NCBI GenBank assembly: GCA_031414595.1
Contig: JANNVX010000041.1
Coordinates: forward strand, 108,782 to 172,781
Direction: 5' to 3'
DNA from: Deinococcales bacterium
Lineage (GTDB): Bacteria; Deinococcota; Deinococci; Deinococcales; JAAFIG01
Length of the DNA: 64,000 bases
Positions 39,035 through 49,280 of this stretch are shown here, piece after piece (within the stretch, counting starts at the first letter, position 1; each line of letters starts with the position of its first letter). Position numbers and translations under genes: made by a program. Under the pieces are notes generated by a model. The model did no database searches. It was not told the origin of the DNA and worked only from the letters and a program-made list of their open reading frames with translations.

Positions 39035-40372
39035 ATGTTCAAAAAAATACTAATTGCCAATCGTGGCGAAATTGCTTTGCGGGTCATCCGCACCGCTAAA
39101 GAAATGGGGATTAAAACCGTGCTGGTCTACTCAGAAGCCGATGCAGGCAGCCTGCCCGTACTGCTCGCCGATGAATCGGTTTGTGTTGGACCTCCCGCCT
39201 CGAGTGGTTCGTATCTCAATATCCCCAATGTCTTGTCGGCAGCCGTGATGACTGGCGCAGAAGCAATTCACCCCGGTTATGGGTTCTTATCCGAAAATCC
39301 AGATTTTGCCGAAAAATGCCGTGACCACGGAATTGTCTTTATTGGACCGACCCCTGAATCCATGCACGCCCTTGGTTCAAAAGCCGGTGGGCGTGAAATC
39401 GCGGCGCTTTCTAATGTGCCAGTTGTGCCGGGGACTGGGGTTCTCGAGTCCACCGAAGAAGCGATTTTACAAGCCGAAAAAATTGGTTATCCAGTGCTGT
39501 TAAAAGCCAGTGCTGGCGGTGGCGGACGCGGACAAAAAATTGTCCGCTCGAGCGAAGAAATGCAGAGTGCCTTCGCACAAGCTGGTCAAGAAGCGCTTTC
39601 GTACTTTAGCGATGCCGCCCTGATTATGGAAAAGTTTATCACCGAATTTCGGCATGTTGAAGTCCAAGTCATGGGTGATGGTACTGGGCATGTGATTCAC
39701 ATTGGCGAACGCGATTGCAGTATCCAGCGCCGCAACCAAAAGCTGATCGAAGAAGCCCCGAGTACCTTACCAACAGACTTGCGTGACGAAATTTTATCGG
39801 CTGGGGTTCGGCTGGCTCAGCATGTCAAATACAGTGGGGCGGGAACTTTAGAATTTATTGTAGACCCCGAAGACAATTTTTATTTTATGGAAATGAACAC
39901 CCGAATCCAAGTCGAACATTGTGTGTCTGAAGCCATCTCGAGACTGGACTTTGTGCGTTTACAAATTGAAATCGCGGCTGGCGAAGGGCTGCATCTACAG
40001 CAATCCGATATTCGGCTCGAGGGACACGCCATCGAATGCCGCATTAACGCCGAAGACCCCGATAAGGATTTTCGTCCAGCCGCCGGTAAGCTCGAGAGTG
40101 TCCATTTTGCGGGTGGTTGCGGCGTGCGGGTGGATAGCCATGCCTTTAGTGGTTACACCATCCCACCTCATTACGACAGCTTAATTGGTAAATTAATTTG
40201 TTGGGCTCCGACTCGAGAGATGGCAATTGCCAGAACCAAACGGGCTTTGGATGAAACCGTGATTCAAGGGGTCAAAACCACGATTCCGTTGTACGTGAAA
40301 ATCATGCAGAATGCTTTTTACCAACGCGGCGTGGTGCAAACCAATTTCTTAAAAACCCGAATGGAGATGTAA
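39035..40372 (+). CDS. accC: Acetyl-CoA carboxylase biotin carboxylase
   Basis: ILIANRGEIA, HPGYGFLSEN, GGGGRG, RDCSIQRR.QK, EMNTRIQVEH, YDSLIGK. Confidence 0.97.
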   Translation: MFKKILIANRGEIALRVIRTAKEMGIKTVLVYSEADAGSLPVLLADESVCVGPPASSGSYLNIPNVLSAAVMTGAEAIHPGYGFLSENPDFAEKCRDHGIVFIGPTPESMHALGSKAGGREIAALSNVPVVPGTGVLESTEEAILQAEKIGYPVLLKASAGGGGRGQKIVRSSEEMQSAFAQAGQEALSYFSDAALIMEKFITEFRHVEVQVMGDGTGHVIHIGERDCSIQRRNQKLIEEAPSTLPTDLRDEILSAGVRLAQHVKYSGAGTLEFIVDPEDNFYFMEMNTRIQVEHCVSEAISRLDFVRLQIEIAAGEGLHLQQSDIRLEGHAIECRINAEDPDKDFRPAAGKLESVHFAGGCGVRVDSHAFSGYTIPPHYDSLIGKLICWAPTREMAIARTKRALDETVIQGVKTTIPLYVKIMQNAFYQRGVVQTNFLKTRMEM

Positions 40373-40390
40373 AGAAGTACAATCGTTTGT

Positions 40391-41536
40391 ATGAGCAGCC
40401 CAGCCACTCAAGAAAAACCGCTTAAAAACCCATCTGACCGAGTGAAAATCCAGACCCTCGAGATTACGGGTTTTCGGGGTATTAAACACGCCCAAATTGA
40501 ACTAGGCGATGTCAATGTTTTAATTGGGGCAAATGGCGCAGGGAAAAGCAATATTTTGTCTGCTTTAGGGTTTCTCGAGCGGGTTGCAGATTCTTCTTTT
40601 CAACAAGCCATTGGTGAAATTGGCGGGTCAAATTTTGTTTTGTACGGTGGTCGAAAAGTGACTACACATGCAAGAATTGCAGTGGATTTTCAAGATTCTA
40701 TACCATCAAACACGACTGTTTTTGAGCTTACAATTCGATTTGGCGAAGATGATTTACCTGTCTTAAAAGAGAAACTAAATTCTCAAAAAATAGGAAGAAG
40801 CAATTTTTTCGTAAAAGAATCAGAATTCTTTAGAACTCCACTTGACCACATTGAGTTCCAAAATTTTACTTTTGCATCTGCAATCAAAAACAACTTAAGC
40901 CAAACTCGGGTGTATCACTTTTCTGACTCGAGTTCGCAGGCAAGAAGTCGTCAGGGTTGTTTAATCAACGACAATCACTATCTAAAGTCTGATGCAGGTA
41001 ACTTGGCTGCTTTTTTATATCGTTTTGCTAAGGTAAAGCCCGAGCGGTTTGGGTCTTTTGAGAATTTAATCAAGCGCATTGTTCCGGGCTTTGGTCGTTT
41101 TATGCTCAGCCCAGACCGACTCAACGAAACTTTGATTCGGCTCGAGTACCGCGATACTCGTCATGATTTATTATTAACAGCTTCGTATTTATCCGATGGC
41201 TCACTGCGTTTTATTGCATTGGCGGCATTACTTTATTTTGAACCCCCACCGCTTGTAATTATTGACGAACCAGAACTTGGTTTGCATCCTACAGCCTTGA
41301 TATTCTTAGCTGAACTGATTCAGCAAGCATCTTTTGAGAGTCAAATTTTGGTGGCGACTCAAAACCCAGAGTTCTTAAATCAATTCCAGCCGCATCAGAT
41401 TTTGGTGGTTGAACAAGATGAGCTAACCGAAGAAACAATTGTTAAGCGCTTAGATACAACTGAATTAGAAGGTTGGCTCGAGGATTACAAAATTGGTGAT
41501 TTGTGGCTACAAAATGTCTTGGGTGGTAAGCCTTGA
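40391..41536 (+). CDS. ABC/AAA_21-type ATPase
   Basis: GANGAGKSN, LSDGSLRF, IIDEPELGLHP, ATQ. Confidence 0.85.
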   Translation: MSSPATQEKPLKNPSDRVKIQTLEITGFRGIKHAQIELGDVNVLIGANGAGKSNILSALGFLERVADSSFQQAIGEIGGSNFVLYGGRKVTTHARIAVDFQDSIPSNTTVFELTIRFGEDDLPVLKEKLNSQKIGRSNFFVKESEFFRTPLDHIEFQNFTFASAIKNNLSQTRVYHFSDSSSQARSRQGCLINDNHYLKSDAGNLAAFLYRFAKVKPERFGSFENLIKRIVPGFGRFMLSPDRLNETLIRLEYRDTRHDLLLTASYLSDGSLRFIALAALLYFEPPPLVIIDEPELGLHPTALIFLAELIQQASFESQILVATQNPEFLNQFQPHQILVVEQDELTEETIVKRLDTTELEGWLEDYKIGDLWLQNVLGGKP

Positions 41537-42177
41537 ATTTGACAATTATCGCTGAGGGACATTGTGAGGAGCAGTTTGTTAAACGCATTTTGCGTCCACA
41601 TCTTAGGCAATTTGATATTTTTGCCAAAGCCATTCAAGTACCAACTTCAAAACAACAAAGTGGTGGTGTGACCTCGTTTACTCGGGTCGAGAAAAGTATT
41701 CGTCTTGAATTACGGCATGGTTATGTGAGTACGATGTTTGATTTGTTTGGTTTACACAAATCCTTTCCGAGTTTTGAAACGCAGCCATCCCAACTCGAGT
41801 CAAAATTAAAGCACCTTGAAAAAGCCTTAGCGGATGTTATTGATGATTGGCGATTTATTCCCTATATCCAAGCGCATGAATTCGAGGCATTGCTGTTTAG
41901 CGCCCCTGAAGAATTAGATTCGGTTTTGTGTCGTGACCACGGGTGTACTTCGCGGCTTGTTGAACTCAAAACGGTTTTATTAAAATTTGATTCTCCTGAA
42001 CATATCAATGGTGGCACACAAACTTCCCCAGCCAAACGGCTGATTAGCTTGTACGAAAAATATCAAAAAGTCAGAAATGGCTTGGAAATTGCCGAACAAA
42101 TTACTTTACCTGTTATGCGTCAAAAGTGCTTACATTTTGACGCGTGGATAGGGAAACTCGAGAACCTAAATAATTAA
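41533..42177 (+). CDS. DUF4276-family protein
   Basis: IIAEG..EE.FV, PYIQ.HEFEALLFS, PEHIN....SPAKRL, C.HF..W; overlaps the ATPase stop by 4 nt. Confidence 0.75.
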   Translation: MNLTIIAEGHCEEQFVKRILRPHLRQFDIFAKAIQVPTSKQQSGGVTSFTRVEKSIRLELRHGYVSTMFDLFGLHKSFPSFETQPSQLESKLKHLEKALADVIDDWRFIPYIQAHEFEALLFSAPEELDSVLCRDHGCTSRLVELKTVLLKFDSPEHINGGTQTSPAKRLISLYEKYQKVRNGLEIAEQITLPVMRQKCLHFDAWIGKLENLNN

Positions 42178-42587
42178 GCCTGTGCCAAAGGCGGCTTAGG
42201 GGCTTCTTCGCGCATCAGTTGCCTAAATTCTCGCATTGCACTGGCAAGTAAATCTATTTGTCTGCCCAAAACAGGAAAGACATCTTCAATTTTGCCATAA
42301 AAATTCTCGATTGCCACACAAACATCGTTTTGCATGATGTAAAACTTAGCGGCTTTGTAGTCGGTGTTGAGTTTCATAATCACTTTGGTGGCACGTTCGG
42401 TTTCTTCTTCGCTCTCGAGTTCCCAAAAGTAAGGCACCATTAAACGAAAAAAAGTTTCGTCTTTTTCGTTGGCAAACAGCACAAAGTTAATCCGTTCGTG
42501 CTTGAAAGAAATATCTTGGTCATTGTCGAGTTCTGGGCGGTAGCCTTGTTCGTTTAGCCATGCCATATAAGTTTCGGTCTTGGTCAT
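42174..42587 (-). CDS. YbjN-like (secretion-chaperone fold) protein
   Basis: L.E.GY.PELD.D.DI.FK.E, N..YK.AK; start uncertain. Confidence 0.6.
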   Translation of the reverse strand: MTKTETYMAWLNEQGYRPELDNDQDISFKHERINFVLFANEKDETFFRLMVPYFWELESEEETERATKVIMKLNTDYKAAKFYIMQNDVCVAIENFYGKIEDVFPVLGRQIDLLASAMREFRQLMREEAPKPPLAQA

Positions 42588-42617
42588 AAGTAATAGCATC
42601 TCGTGTTTTTGCCTTCT

Positions 42618-42675
42618 CGTCAACTACCCCGTATGCGCCAAGCGTCAACTACCCCGTATGCGTGAAACGTCAACT
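42618..42675 (+). repeat. 25-bp-period direct repeat
   Basis: CGTCAACTACCCCGTATGCG at 42618 and 42643, partial CGTCAACT at 42668. Confidence 0.85.
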
Positions 42676-42717
42676 GGCAATTTGGCGCACTGAGTCCAAA
42701 ACACGGTACAATTTATC

Positions 42718-43617
42718 ATGATTGTTGTTGTTGGCAGCCTGAACCTTGATTATGTAACTCGAGTCGAACGTCATCCTAAACCGGGTGAAACGGTACTGGG
42801 TTCTGACTTAGAGCTTCATTCGGGTGGTAAGGGCGCGAATCAGGCGGTGGCGGCGGCTCGAGCCGGGGCGAAAGTGCGGATGGTTGGTTGTCTTGGCTCA
42901 GACATGGCGGGCAGTTTGCTGCGTGGCAATCTTGAACGAGAAGGTGTGGATACCAGCAGTTTACAAACCTTAGAAACCGCGACTGGTTCGGCTTTTATTA
43001 CGCTCAACAGAGCAGGACAAAACACGATTGTGGTCTCCCAGGGGGCAAATGGCAAATTGCGACCATCCGACCTGCGGGTTCAAACCTTTAGTGATGCCAA
43101 ATTGGTCTTAATTCAACTCGAGATTCCACTCGAGACAGCAGTGGCGGCGGCTAAACTCGGGCGAGTAGCTGGGGCGCGAGTGGTCTTAAACCTTGCACCC
43201 GCCCAAGCCCTCGAGCCAAATCAATTGCGTGATGTGACTACACTGGTGGTCAATGAAACCGAAGCGGGGGTGCTGCTCGGGCGAGCGCCGCAAAACATCA
43301 AAGAAGCACTGCTCGAGGCACAAGCCTTGCGTGAACTTGTACCCGAAGCAATTATTACGCTTGGTGTAAATGGCGCAGTCTATGCCAATAGTGCTGGAGA
43401 AGGACATGTGCCGAGTTTTCCAGTCAAAGTCGTGGACAGCACCGCCGCCGGAGATGCCTTTATCGGTGCATTCGCGGCTGCCCTAGTCGAAGATGCCTCA
43501 CTCGAGGAGGCAGTACGGCGTGGTGTGGCGGCTGGCGCATTGGCTTGCACCCGAATTGGCGCTCAACCGAGTTTGCCATTTGAATCGGATGTGGACAAGC
43601 TCTTAAAAAGTCGTTAG
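42718..43617 (+). CDS. rbsK: Ribokinase
   Basis: VVGSLNLD, GGKGANQAVAAAR, VNETE, VDSTAAGDAFIG. Confidence 0.9.
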   Translation: MIVVVGSLNLDYVTRVERHPKPGETVLGSDLELHSGGKGANQAVAAARAGAKVRMVGCLGSDMAGSLLRGNLEREGVDTSSLQTLETATGSAFITLNRAGQNTIVVSQGANGKLRPSDLRVQTFSDAKLVLIQLEIPLETAVAAAKLGRVAGARVVLNLAPAQALEPNQLRDVTTLVVNETEAGVLLGRAPQNIKEALLEAQALRELVPEAIITLGVNGAVYANSAGEGHVPSFPVKVVDSTAAGDAFIGAFAAALVEDASLEEAVRRGVAAGALACTRIGAQPSLPFESDVDKLLKSR

Positions 43618-43629
43618 TGTGTCAGCGAC

Positions 43630-43663
43630 TAGCTTCTAGTCTTTAGCTAAAGACTAGAAGCTA
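43630..43663. terminator. Perfect 34-nt palindrome between convergent genes
   Basis: TAGCTTCTAGTCTTTAGCTAAAGACTAGAAGCTA. Confidence 0.6.
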
Positions 43664-43665
43664 AT

Positions 43666-44268
43666 TCACCCTCGGTGTTTCTCGAGGAAAATCACTTGAA
43701 TTAAGGCTAAAGCAATCAGGCGTTCATCGTTGCCTGTCGCAGCTTCGGCAGTCATTTGTTCTAAGGTAAAGTGACTTTCTAAGATACTGCGTTTTTTGGT
43801 GATGCGGTATAAAACTGTGCCGCTCGAGTCGGTCATTAAATAACGCGGGTTGATAAACATAGCAATCACAAAACCGACGATTGGAATTTCGTCCACCAAG
43901 GCATCCAGCACTTTAATCCACGGGTTTTCTTCGCGGACAGTCAAAATAGTTTGGTCACTCGAGTCGGCAATATCGTATTGGGTACGCCAAAGACTCCGCA
44001 TTCCAGCCGCTTTGACTGCGCCAACAGGGGCATTATCGGCAAGGCGGGTGATTTTATGGACTGCCCGAAAACCAATCACTCTATCAGCCATCATTTTGTA
44101 AAGCGCAACTTTTTTGGCTTCATCGGCAAAGACCGTGGTTTCTTCACGCAGCGTAAAACCCTTTTGTTTGACCTGTAGCATCAGCGCCCCACTCGAGTCA
44201 CGCACCGTAACTTCAGGAGAAAGTGCGAGGAGCTTAAAAGTCGCGGTCAGTGGATAATTAATTGCCAT
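43666..44268 (-). CDS. LURP-one/scramblase-like protein
   Basis: VKQK.F.LREE..VF.DE, G.RSLWR..Y.I, EENPW.KV.D. Confidence 0.6.
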   Translation of the reverse strand: MAINYPLTATFKLLALSPEVTVRDSSGALMLQVKQKGFTLREETTVFADEAKKVALYKMMADRVIGFRAVHKITRLADNAPVGAVKAAGMRSLWRTQYDIADSSDQTILTVREENPWIKVLDALVDEIPIVGFVIAMFINPRYLMTDSSGTVLYRITKKRSILESHFTLEQMTAEAATGNDERLIALALIQVIFLEKHRG

Positions 44269-44296
44269 AAGTGCATTCTACCCGTAAACTCGAGAA

Positions 44297-44827
44297 ATGC
44301 GAATTGCCTTACTTTCAGATACGCACGGATTTATCGATGATGAAATCCTTGAACACTGCCGAGAAGCCGACGAAATCTGGCACGCTGGAGACATGGGTGC
44401 TAGGGCTGTGATGACTCAACTCGAGACTTTACAAAAACCAATTATTGCTGTCAGTGGAAATGTGGACAATCAGGCACTGCAACTCGAGTACCCCGAAGAC
44501 CAGCAATTTAGCAAAGAGGGGGTCAGTGTTTGGATACGCCATATTGTCGGGCATCCAAAACGTTACAACCCAGAAATTCTCGAGGTCTTACGCCAGCCAG
44601 CCCAGCGTCCGCAATTACTGATTTGTGGTCATTCGCACATCCTCGAGATTGCCAGAGATGCTTTTGGGGTGCTGTACATCAATCCCGGGGCAGTTGGACA
44701 TCATGGGGTACATCAAAAACGCACGATGGTACGGTTTAGTCTCGAGAACGGCAAAGTTTTGAATGTTGAAGCGATTGACTTTGGTACTCGAGGACGCAAG
44801 GCAAAGAATTCAAATCCACAATTTTAA
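44297..44827 (+). CDS. YfcE-like metallophosphoesterase
   Basis: LSDTHG, HAGD, GNVD, GHSH, INPGA. Confidence 0.88.
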   Translation: MRIALLSDTHGFIDDEILEHCREADEIWHAGDMGARAVMTQLETLQKPIIAVSGNVDNQALQLEYPEDQQFSKEGVSVWIRHIVGHPKRYNPEILEVLRQPAQRPQLLICGHSHILEIARDAFGVLYINPGAVGHHGVHQKRTMVRFSLENGKVLNVEAIDFGTRGRKAKNSNPQF

Positions 44828-47788
44828 GGTGATAATTTCAAAACCACGCATCTCGAGGGTTACAGCGCCATTAACAATCTCGAGTTCTTGTAATTCTTGT
44901 TCCAAGAAATTGATAACTGAAACCTGTTGTGCCTTAAAACTACCGACCTTCAAGATTTGTCTGCTGTGTTGCCCGTTTAATTCATAGAAACGCAGAATTA
45001 GGGCTTGGTCAGTGTGACTCTTGTACATCGCACTGCACATTAAACCATCAGTGCGTGCCAGCACTTCTAAGGTGCTAAGTATTGGGCTATTCATGGATAA
45101 CCCGCGTTGTGCCGCCGTCTCGAGCGGCAGGTACGGGGTCAGTACGGGGTCGCCGAGGTAATCCAGCAAATACGTAAATTCGTGTTCGCCCATATCGGCA
45201 CTTGGGTCTGGATAGATTGTGCCACGCAGTAAAGACATGGTGATTAAATTGTCCCGCACGGCAAAACCGTATTTGCAGTCATTCAGCAGCACCATACTTT
45301 TTAAGCCTTCTTGCAACAGCACAAAGCGCTGGCTAGGAACTTCAAAAGCCGCCATCTCGAGGGCGGTATTGGCTCGAGTTGGGTGTTGCACCACCCCAAA
45401 AGCAGTTTCAAAAAAAGCCGTTTGCCCATGCACTGCCATCGGAAATTCAGCGCGTAGCATGATTCGTTTTTCTTGCCAAAAAACCTTATTTTTGACTTCA
45501 ACCCCTGTGTGCAATAGCCTAAATTCTTGTTCAAAGCTCGAGTCTCGCCAATGATGGATGACGCGAACACCCGTTTCGGACGGTATAAATTCTACACGGC
45601 TTTCGATGGTTTGGCTACTCGGTGGGTTGACATCCCAAGCCTCCCATTCCCTTGGCACATCACGCTGGTAGGTCAGGGTACAAGGTGCGGCAATGTATTC
45701 GATGTTGCGGTAGGTTTCATGAATAGACTCTAGCCACCCCGAGGCGTTAATCGTGGCGGTGGTCGTCGAGTCTTGCAACTTGTACCCACCATTCTCGAGT
45801 GGAACAACTTCTATTTCTATTCGTTCGGCTTCGGCAGAATCCTCAATCACATGCTCGAGTAAAGCTCGCAAAGCACCTTTTTTTGGTGCAGAGTCTCGCA
45901 ACGACGTGGTTTCTTGTAAGGCTGTTTCCAAGGCAGTATGGGCATCCTTGTAGACTTCCCTGATACTCGAGCCGGGCAGAATGTCATGGAATTGATGCAG
46001 CAATAAAGTTTTCCACAAACCTTCAAGTTGCGCCTGTGGATAAGTTTCACCTTCGAGCCAAGCCAGTGACCACAGCACTTCTGTCTCGAGCAGCCGATGC
46101 TCTAACATGCGGTGCAGTTTCTTGATTTTGGCTTGGGTGGTTAGCGTTCCACGGTGCAACTCGAGGTACATTTCACCTTTCCAGATTGGTAAATCGGTTG
46201 GTAGTGAAGAATAAAAATCATCCACTCTGGTCATTTCGAGTTTTGGCATGGCAGGGTACTGTTGCAGTCGGGCATAACTCTCTAAGTGTTCGCGGCTTGG
46301 TCCTCCGCCACCATCGCCGTACCCAAAAGACAGTAAACTTTGAGGCGCGGTATTATGCTTTAACCAAGCTGGACTGCTTTTGCCCTTAAAGTTACGCCAT
46401 GTTTCAAAAATACTTTTGGGGTCTAAAAGCGCGTTGTAACTGTCAAACTTATTCCAAAAACAATGTGCCAAGACTTTAGAACCATCTAAGCCCTGCCAAA
46501 TAAATAAATCATGGGGAAATTCGGTTGTTTCATTCCAACGTAACTTAGTGGTAAAAAATGAATTCATCCCGCCTAAACGCAGTATTTGCGGCAATTGTGG
46601 ATTAAAACCAAAGGTGTCTGGCAACCATGCCACGGTGTTGATACGCCCGAATTTTTCTAAGAAATACTGTTGACCAAAAATAATTTGTCGCACCCAAGAT
46701 TCACCATTTAGCATCTGACCATCGGGTTCGACCCACATCCCGCCAATCGTTTCCCAGCGTCCTTCGAGAACCCGAGTTTTGACTTGCTCGAAAAGTACAG
46801 GGTCGTCCTGCTCGAGCCACGCATAGGCTTGGGCGCTGGACTGATTAAACCTAAAATCTGGATAGCGATTCATTAAATCCAGCACTGTGGCAAAAGTGCG
46901 TTTTATTTTTCGCCGTGTTTCAGAAATCGTCCAAAGCCACGCCAAATCAATATGGGCATGACCACTTAGTGCCAAACTGCCTTGTGGTGGATACAAGACT
47001 TTTATTTTATTGACATGCGCTTGCAATTGTTCTCGAGCCAGATTTATGCCCTCGAGATACTGTGTTTCGAGTGGTTTTAACTCTGGGATTTTCGGCAAAC
47101 TCCATAAGATACTGCGTTCAAATGAATTGCCAAGCGTGCCATGCAGCAACCTCGAGAGGTATTCGGTAGCGTTACTTGTCCAAGGTAGCGTTGTTAAAAC
47201 ATCCTCGGCAGCAGCCAATAAAAGTGGTACAACCTCGTGCAAATCAAGCGTCAGACAAACCTGATGCAGTGCTTCTAAATCGCCCAAGAATGCTCGAATC
47301 TCGAGATGCGGCGCAACCAAATGCGCCCGCGCCAAACTGGGCGAATCGTTTCTCGAGCCAAATAAACCCTTTGGGACGACATCTACAGTTACTGTCAATG
47401 ATTCCCCACCTGTAGCTTTCTCGAGTATTGGAAATGCCTTATGAAACGGATTCAAACCGCCACGAAAAATAATCCCATTCGAGTTTGTAATTTCAACAAA
47501 ACCCTCGCCACCAAAATCAAGCTCGAGTTCGACTGGAAAACCTGCCAAAGATGTGGGAATAACCAGATTGGCTTCAAAGCGCACCGCCCCTTGCTGATGG
47601 GTGTTGTAGCCGTGTGTGCCATCCGAGAAGCCCCATGAATCCCCTAGACGCACCGCTCGAGAATTCATATTTGGTTGTGTTAGCACCCATTCGAGAACTG
47701 GGAACTCCAACGCCACCCGCCACGCCGAGAGTTCAAGCATTCGCCGTTCAAGCAAACGCAAACGCTGCGAAATTGTTAATTGCCACAT
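44810..47788 (-). CDS. Alpha-mannosidase (GH38)
   Basis: GHAHIDLAWLW, WLPDTFG, FGYGDGGGGP, YLELHRGT, QFHDILPGS. Confidence 0.93.
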   Translation of the reverse strand: MWQLTISQRLRLLERRMLELSAWRVALEFPVLEWVLTQPNMNSRAVRLGDSWGFSDGTHGYNTHQQGAVRFEANLVIPTSLAGFPVELELDFGGEGFVEITNSNGIIFRGGLNPFHKAFPILEKATGGESLTVTVDVVPKGLFGSRNDSPSLARAHLVAPHLEIRAFLGDLEALHQVCLTLDLHEVVPLLLAAAEDVLTTLPWTSNATEYLSRLLHGTLGNSFERSILWSLPKIPELKPLETQYLEGINLAREQLQAHVNKIKVLYPPQGSLALSGHAHIDLAWLWTISETRRKIKRTFATVLDLMNRYPDFRFNQSSAQAYAWLEQDDPVLFEQVKTRVLEGRWETIGGMWVEPDGQMLNGESWVRQIIFGQQYFLEKFGRINTVAWLPDTFGFNPQLPQILRLGGMNSFFTTKLRWNETTEFPHDLFIWQGLDGSKVLAHCFWNKFDSYNALLDPKSIFETWRNFKGKSSPAWLKHNTAPQSLLSFGYGDGGGGPSREHLESYARLQQYPAMPKLEMTRVDDFYSSLPTDLPIWKGEMYLELHRGTLTTQAKIKKLHRMLEHRLLETEVLWSLAWLEGETYPQAQLEGLWKTLLLHQFHDILPGSSIREVYKDAHTALETALQETTSLRDSAPKKGALRALLEHVIEDSAEAERIEIEVVPLENGGYKLQDSTTTATINASGWLESIHETYRNIEYIAAPCTLTYQRDVPREWEAWDVNPPSSQTIESRVEFIPSETGVRVIHHWRDSSFEQEFRLLHTGVEVKNKVFWQEKRIMLRAEFPMAVHGQTAFFETAFGVVQHPTRANTALEMAAFEVPSQRFVLLQEGLKSMVLLNDCKYGFAVRDNLITMSLLRGTIYPDPSADMGEHEFTYLLDYLGDPVLTPYLPLETAAQRGLSMNSPILSTLEVLARTDGLMCSAMYKSHTDQALILRFYELNGQHSRQILKVGSFKAQQVSVINFLEQELQELEIVNGAVTLEMRGFEIITLKLWI

Positions 47789-47909
47789 GGTCTTAGTCTA
47801 ACAAGTTATGATGCCTCATGGCTCGAGAATCAAAAATACACTTAGTATTCAGCACAAAAAGTAACCCCTCACCAACTCCCCCACTCGCGCTTTCCTCCCC
47901 AAGGTTTTT

Positions 47910-48785
47910 ATGAGTTGGATTGCGTATGCACGGGCTTATCCGACGGTGGCGGGTCATTCGGTTGTGGGTAATGTTCGGGTAAAACGCAATGTTGGTGGTG
48001 GAACGGTGGCGGCAAGGGATATTGTTGTTTATCTTCCGCCAAGTTATTCTAAAATTAAAACCGCACATTATCCTGTGTTGTACATGCACGATGGGCAGAA
48101 TTGCTTTGACAATAAAACCAGTTACTCGGGGGAATGGGCAGCCGATGAAGCCGCTGAACGACTCGCCAAGCGTGGTCTCGAGTGTATTATTGTGGCTGTG
48201 CCGAACGCTGGGGTGGCGCGGATTGATGAGTACGGTCCTTGGTTTGAAGCTAAAATTAAATTACCGGGCATTAACGGCGGGGCGGGTGGTCGGGCAAACG
48301 AGTACCTTGATTATCTGGTGAATGTGGTTAAACCGCTTGTGGATTTGAGTTTTCGCACCCTAACCGAGGCTCGTTTTACAGGTGTAGCGGGCAGCAGTAT
48401 GGGTGGAATCATGAGTTTGTATGCACTCTTGGAGGCATCGGATATTTTTGGGTTTGCTGCCTGCTTCTCGAGTGCTTTTTGGGTTGGTAAAGCTGGGTTA
48501 CTCAAGCACGTGCAGACCCATATTGCCCCAAATACGCGGATTTACTTGGATTGTGGTCATCGAGAAGGTGGGCAGTCTAAGGACAGTAAATCATATCTCG
48601 AGGACAGTCGTAAAATTGCTGGAATGTTGGTCTCGCAAGGCTGTTACGATTTGGTTTTTTTGGAGGACGAAACGGGTGTGCATTCAGAATCCGAATGGCG
48701 TAAGCGTTTCCCAGCCATGCTTGAATGGTTTTTGAATCCGCGTCGAAAACCCAAAACCGACATGTGGCTCAAACCCTCAAGTTAA
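47910..48785 (+). CDS. Putative esterase, alpha/beta hydrolase
   Basis: YPVLYMHDGQN, GSSMGG, HSE..W..R. Confidence 0.85.
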   Translation: MSWIAYARAYPTVAGHSVVGNVRVKRNVGGGTVAARDIVVYLPPSYSKIKTAHYPVLYMHDGQNCFDNKTSYSGEWAADEAAERLAKRGLECIIVAVPNAGVARIDEYGPWFEAKIKLPGINGGAGGRANEYLDYLVNVVKPLVDLSFRTLTEARFTGVAGSSMGGIMSLYALLEASDIFGFAACFSSAFWVGKAGLLKHVQTHIAPNTRIYLDCGHREGGQSKDSKSYLEDSRKIAGMLVSQGCYDLVFLEDETGVHSESEWRKRFPAMLEWFLNPRRKPKTDMWLKPSS

Positions 48786-48797
48786 AGGAGAAAAATA

Positions 48798-49277
48798 ATG
48801 GCGAATGTTGAATCGTTTAATCTTGACCACACCAAAGTACAAGCCCCTTATGTGCGTCTGGCAGGTCGGCACATCACCAAGCATGGGGATACAATCACCA
48901 AATTTGATTTGCGGCTTGCCCAACCAAATCAAAGCGCCCTCGAGACTGGGGCAATGCACACCTTAGAGCATTTGCTGGCGGGTGGTTTACGTGACCATTT
49001 AAGCGGCGTGATAGACCTTTCGCCAATGGGTTGCCGCACAGGATTTTATCTTGTCCATGAAGGTGAAATCAGCCCCGAAAAGGTCAAAACGGCGCTCGAG
49101 AAAACCTTGGCTGGGGTAGCAGAAATTGTTCATATTCCGGGCGTGTCTGAACTTGAATGCGGTAATTACCGTGACCATAACCTCGAGTCGGCGCAGTTTT
49201 GGGCAAAAACCACGCTGGAACATGGTTTTCGGGTGCAAGAAACGATTAAAATCCCAGAAGGAAGCTCGAGCCAGTAA
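48798..49277 (+). CDS. luxS: S-ribosylhomocysteine lyase
   Basis: VESF.LDHTKV.APYVR, HTLEHL, SPMGCRTGFY, CGNY. Confidence 0.96.
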   Translation: MANVESFNLDHTKVQAPYVRLAGRHITKHGDTITKFDLRLAQPNQSALETGAMHTLEHLLAGGLRDHLSGVIDLSPMGCRTGFYLVHEGEISPEKVKTALEKTLAGVAEIVHIPGVSELECGNYRDHNLESAQFWAKTTLEHGFRVQETIKIPEGSSSQ

Positions 49278-49280
49278 AAC

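Noticed and set aside
38460-40372. accBC as part of a urea carboxylase with pxpABC
   Set aside because: The sequences look like canonical stand-alone AccB and AccC, separated from pxpBC by about 110 bp; adjacency alone is insufficient.
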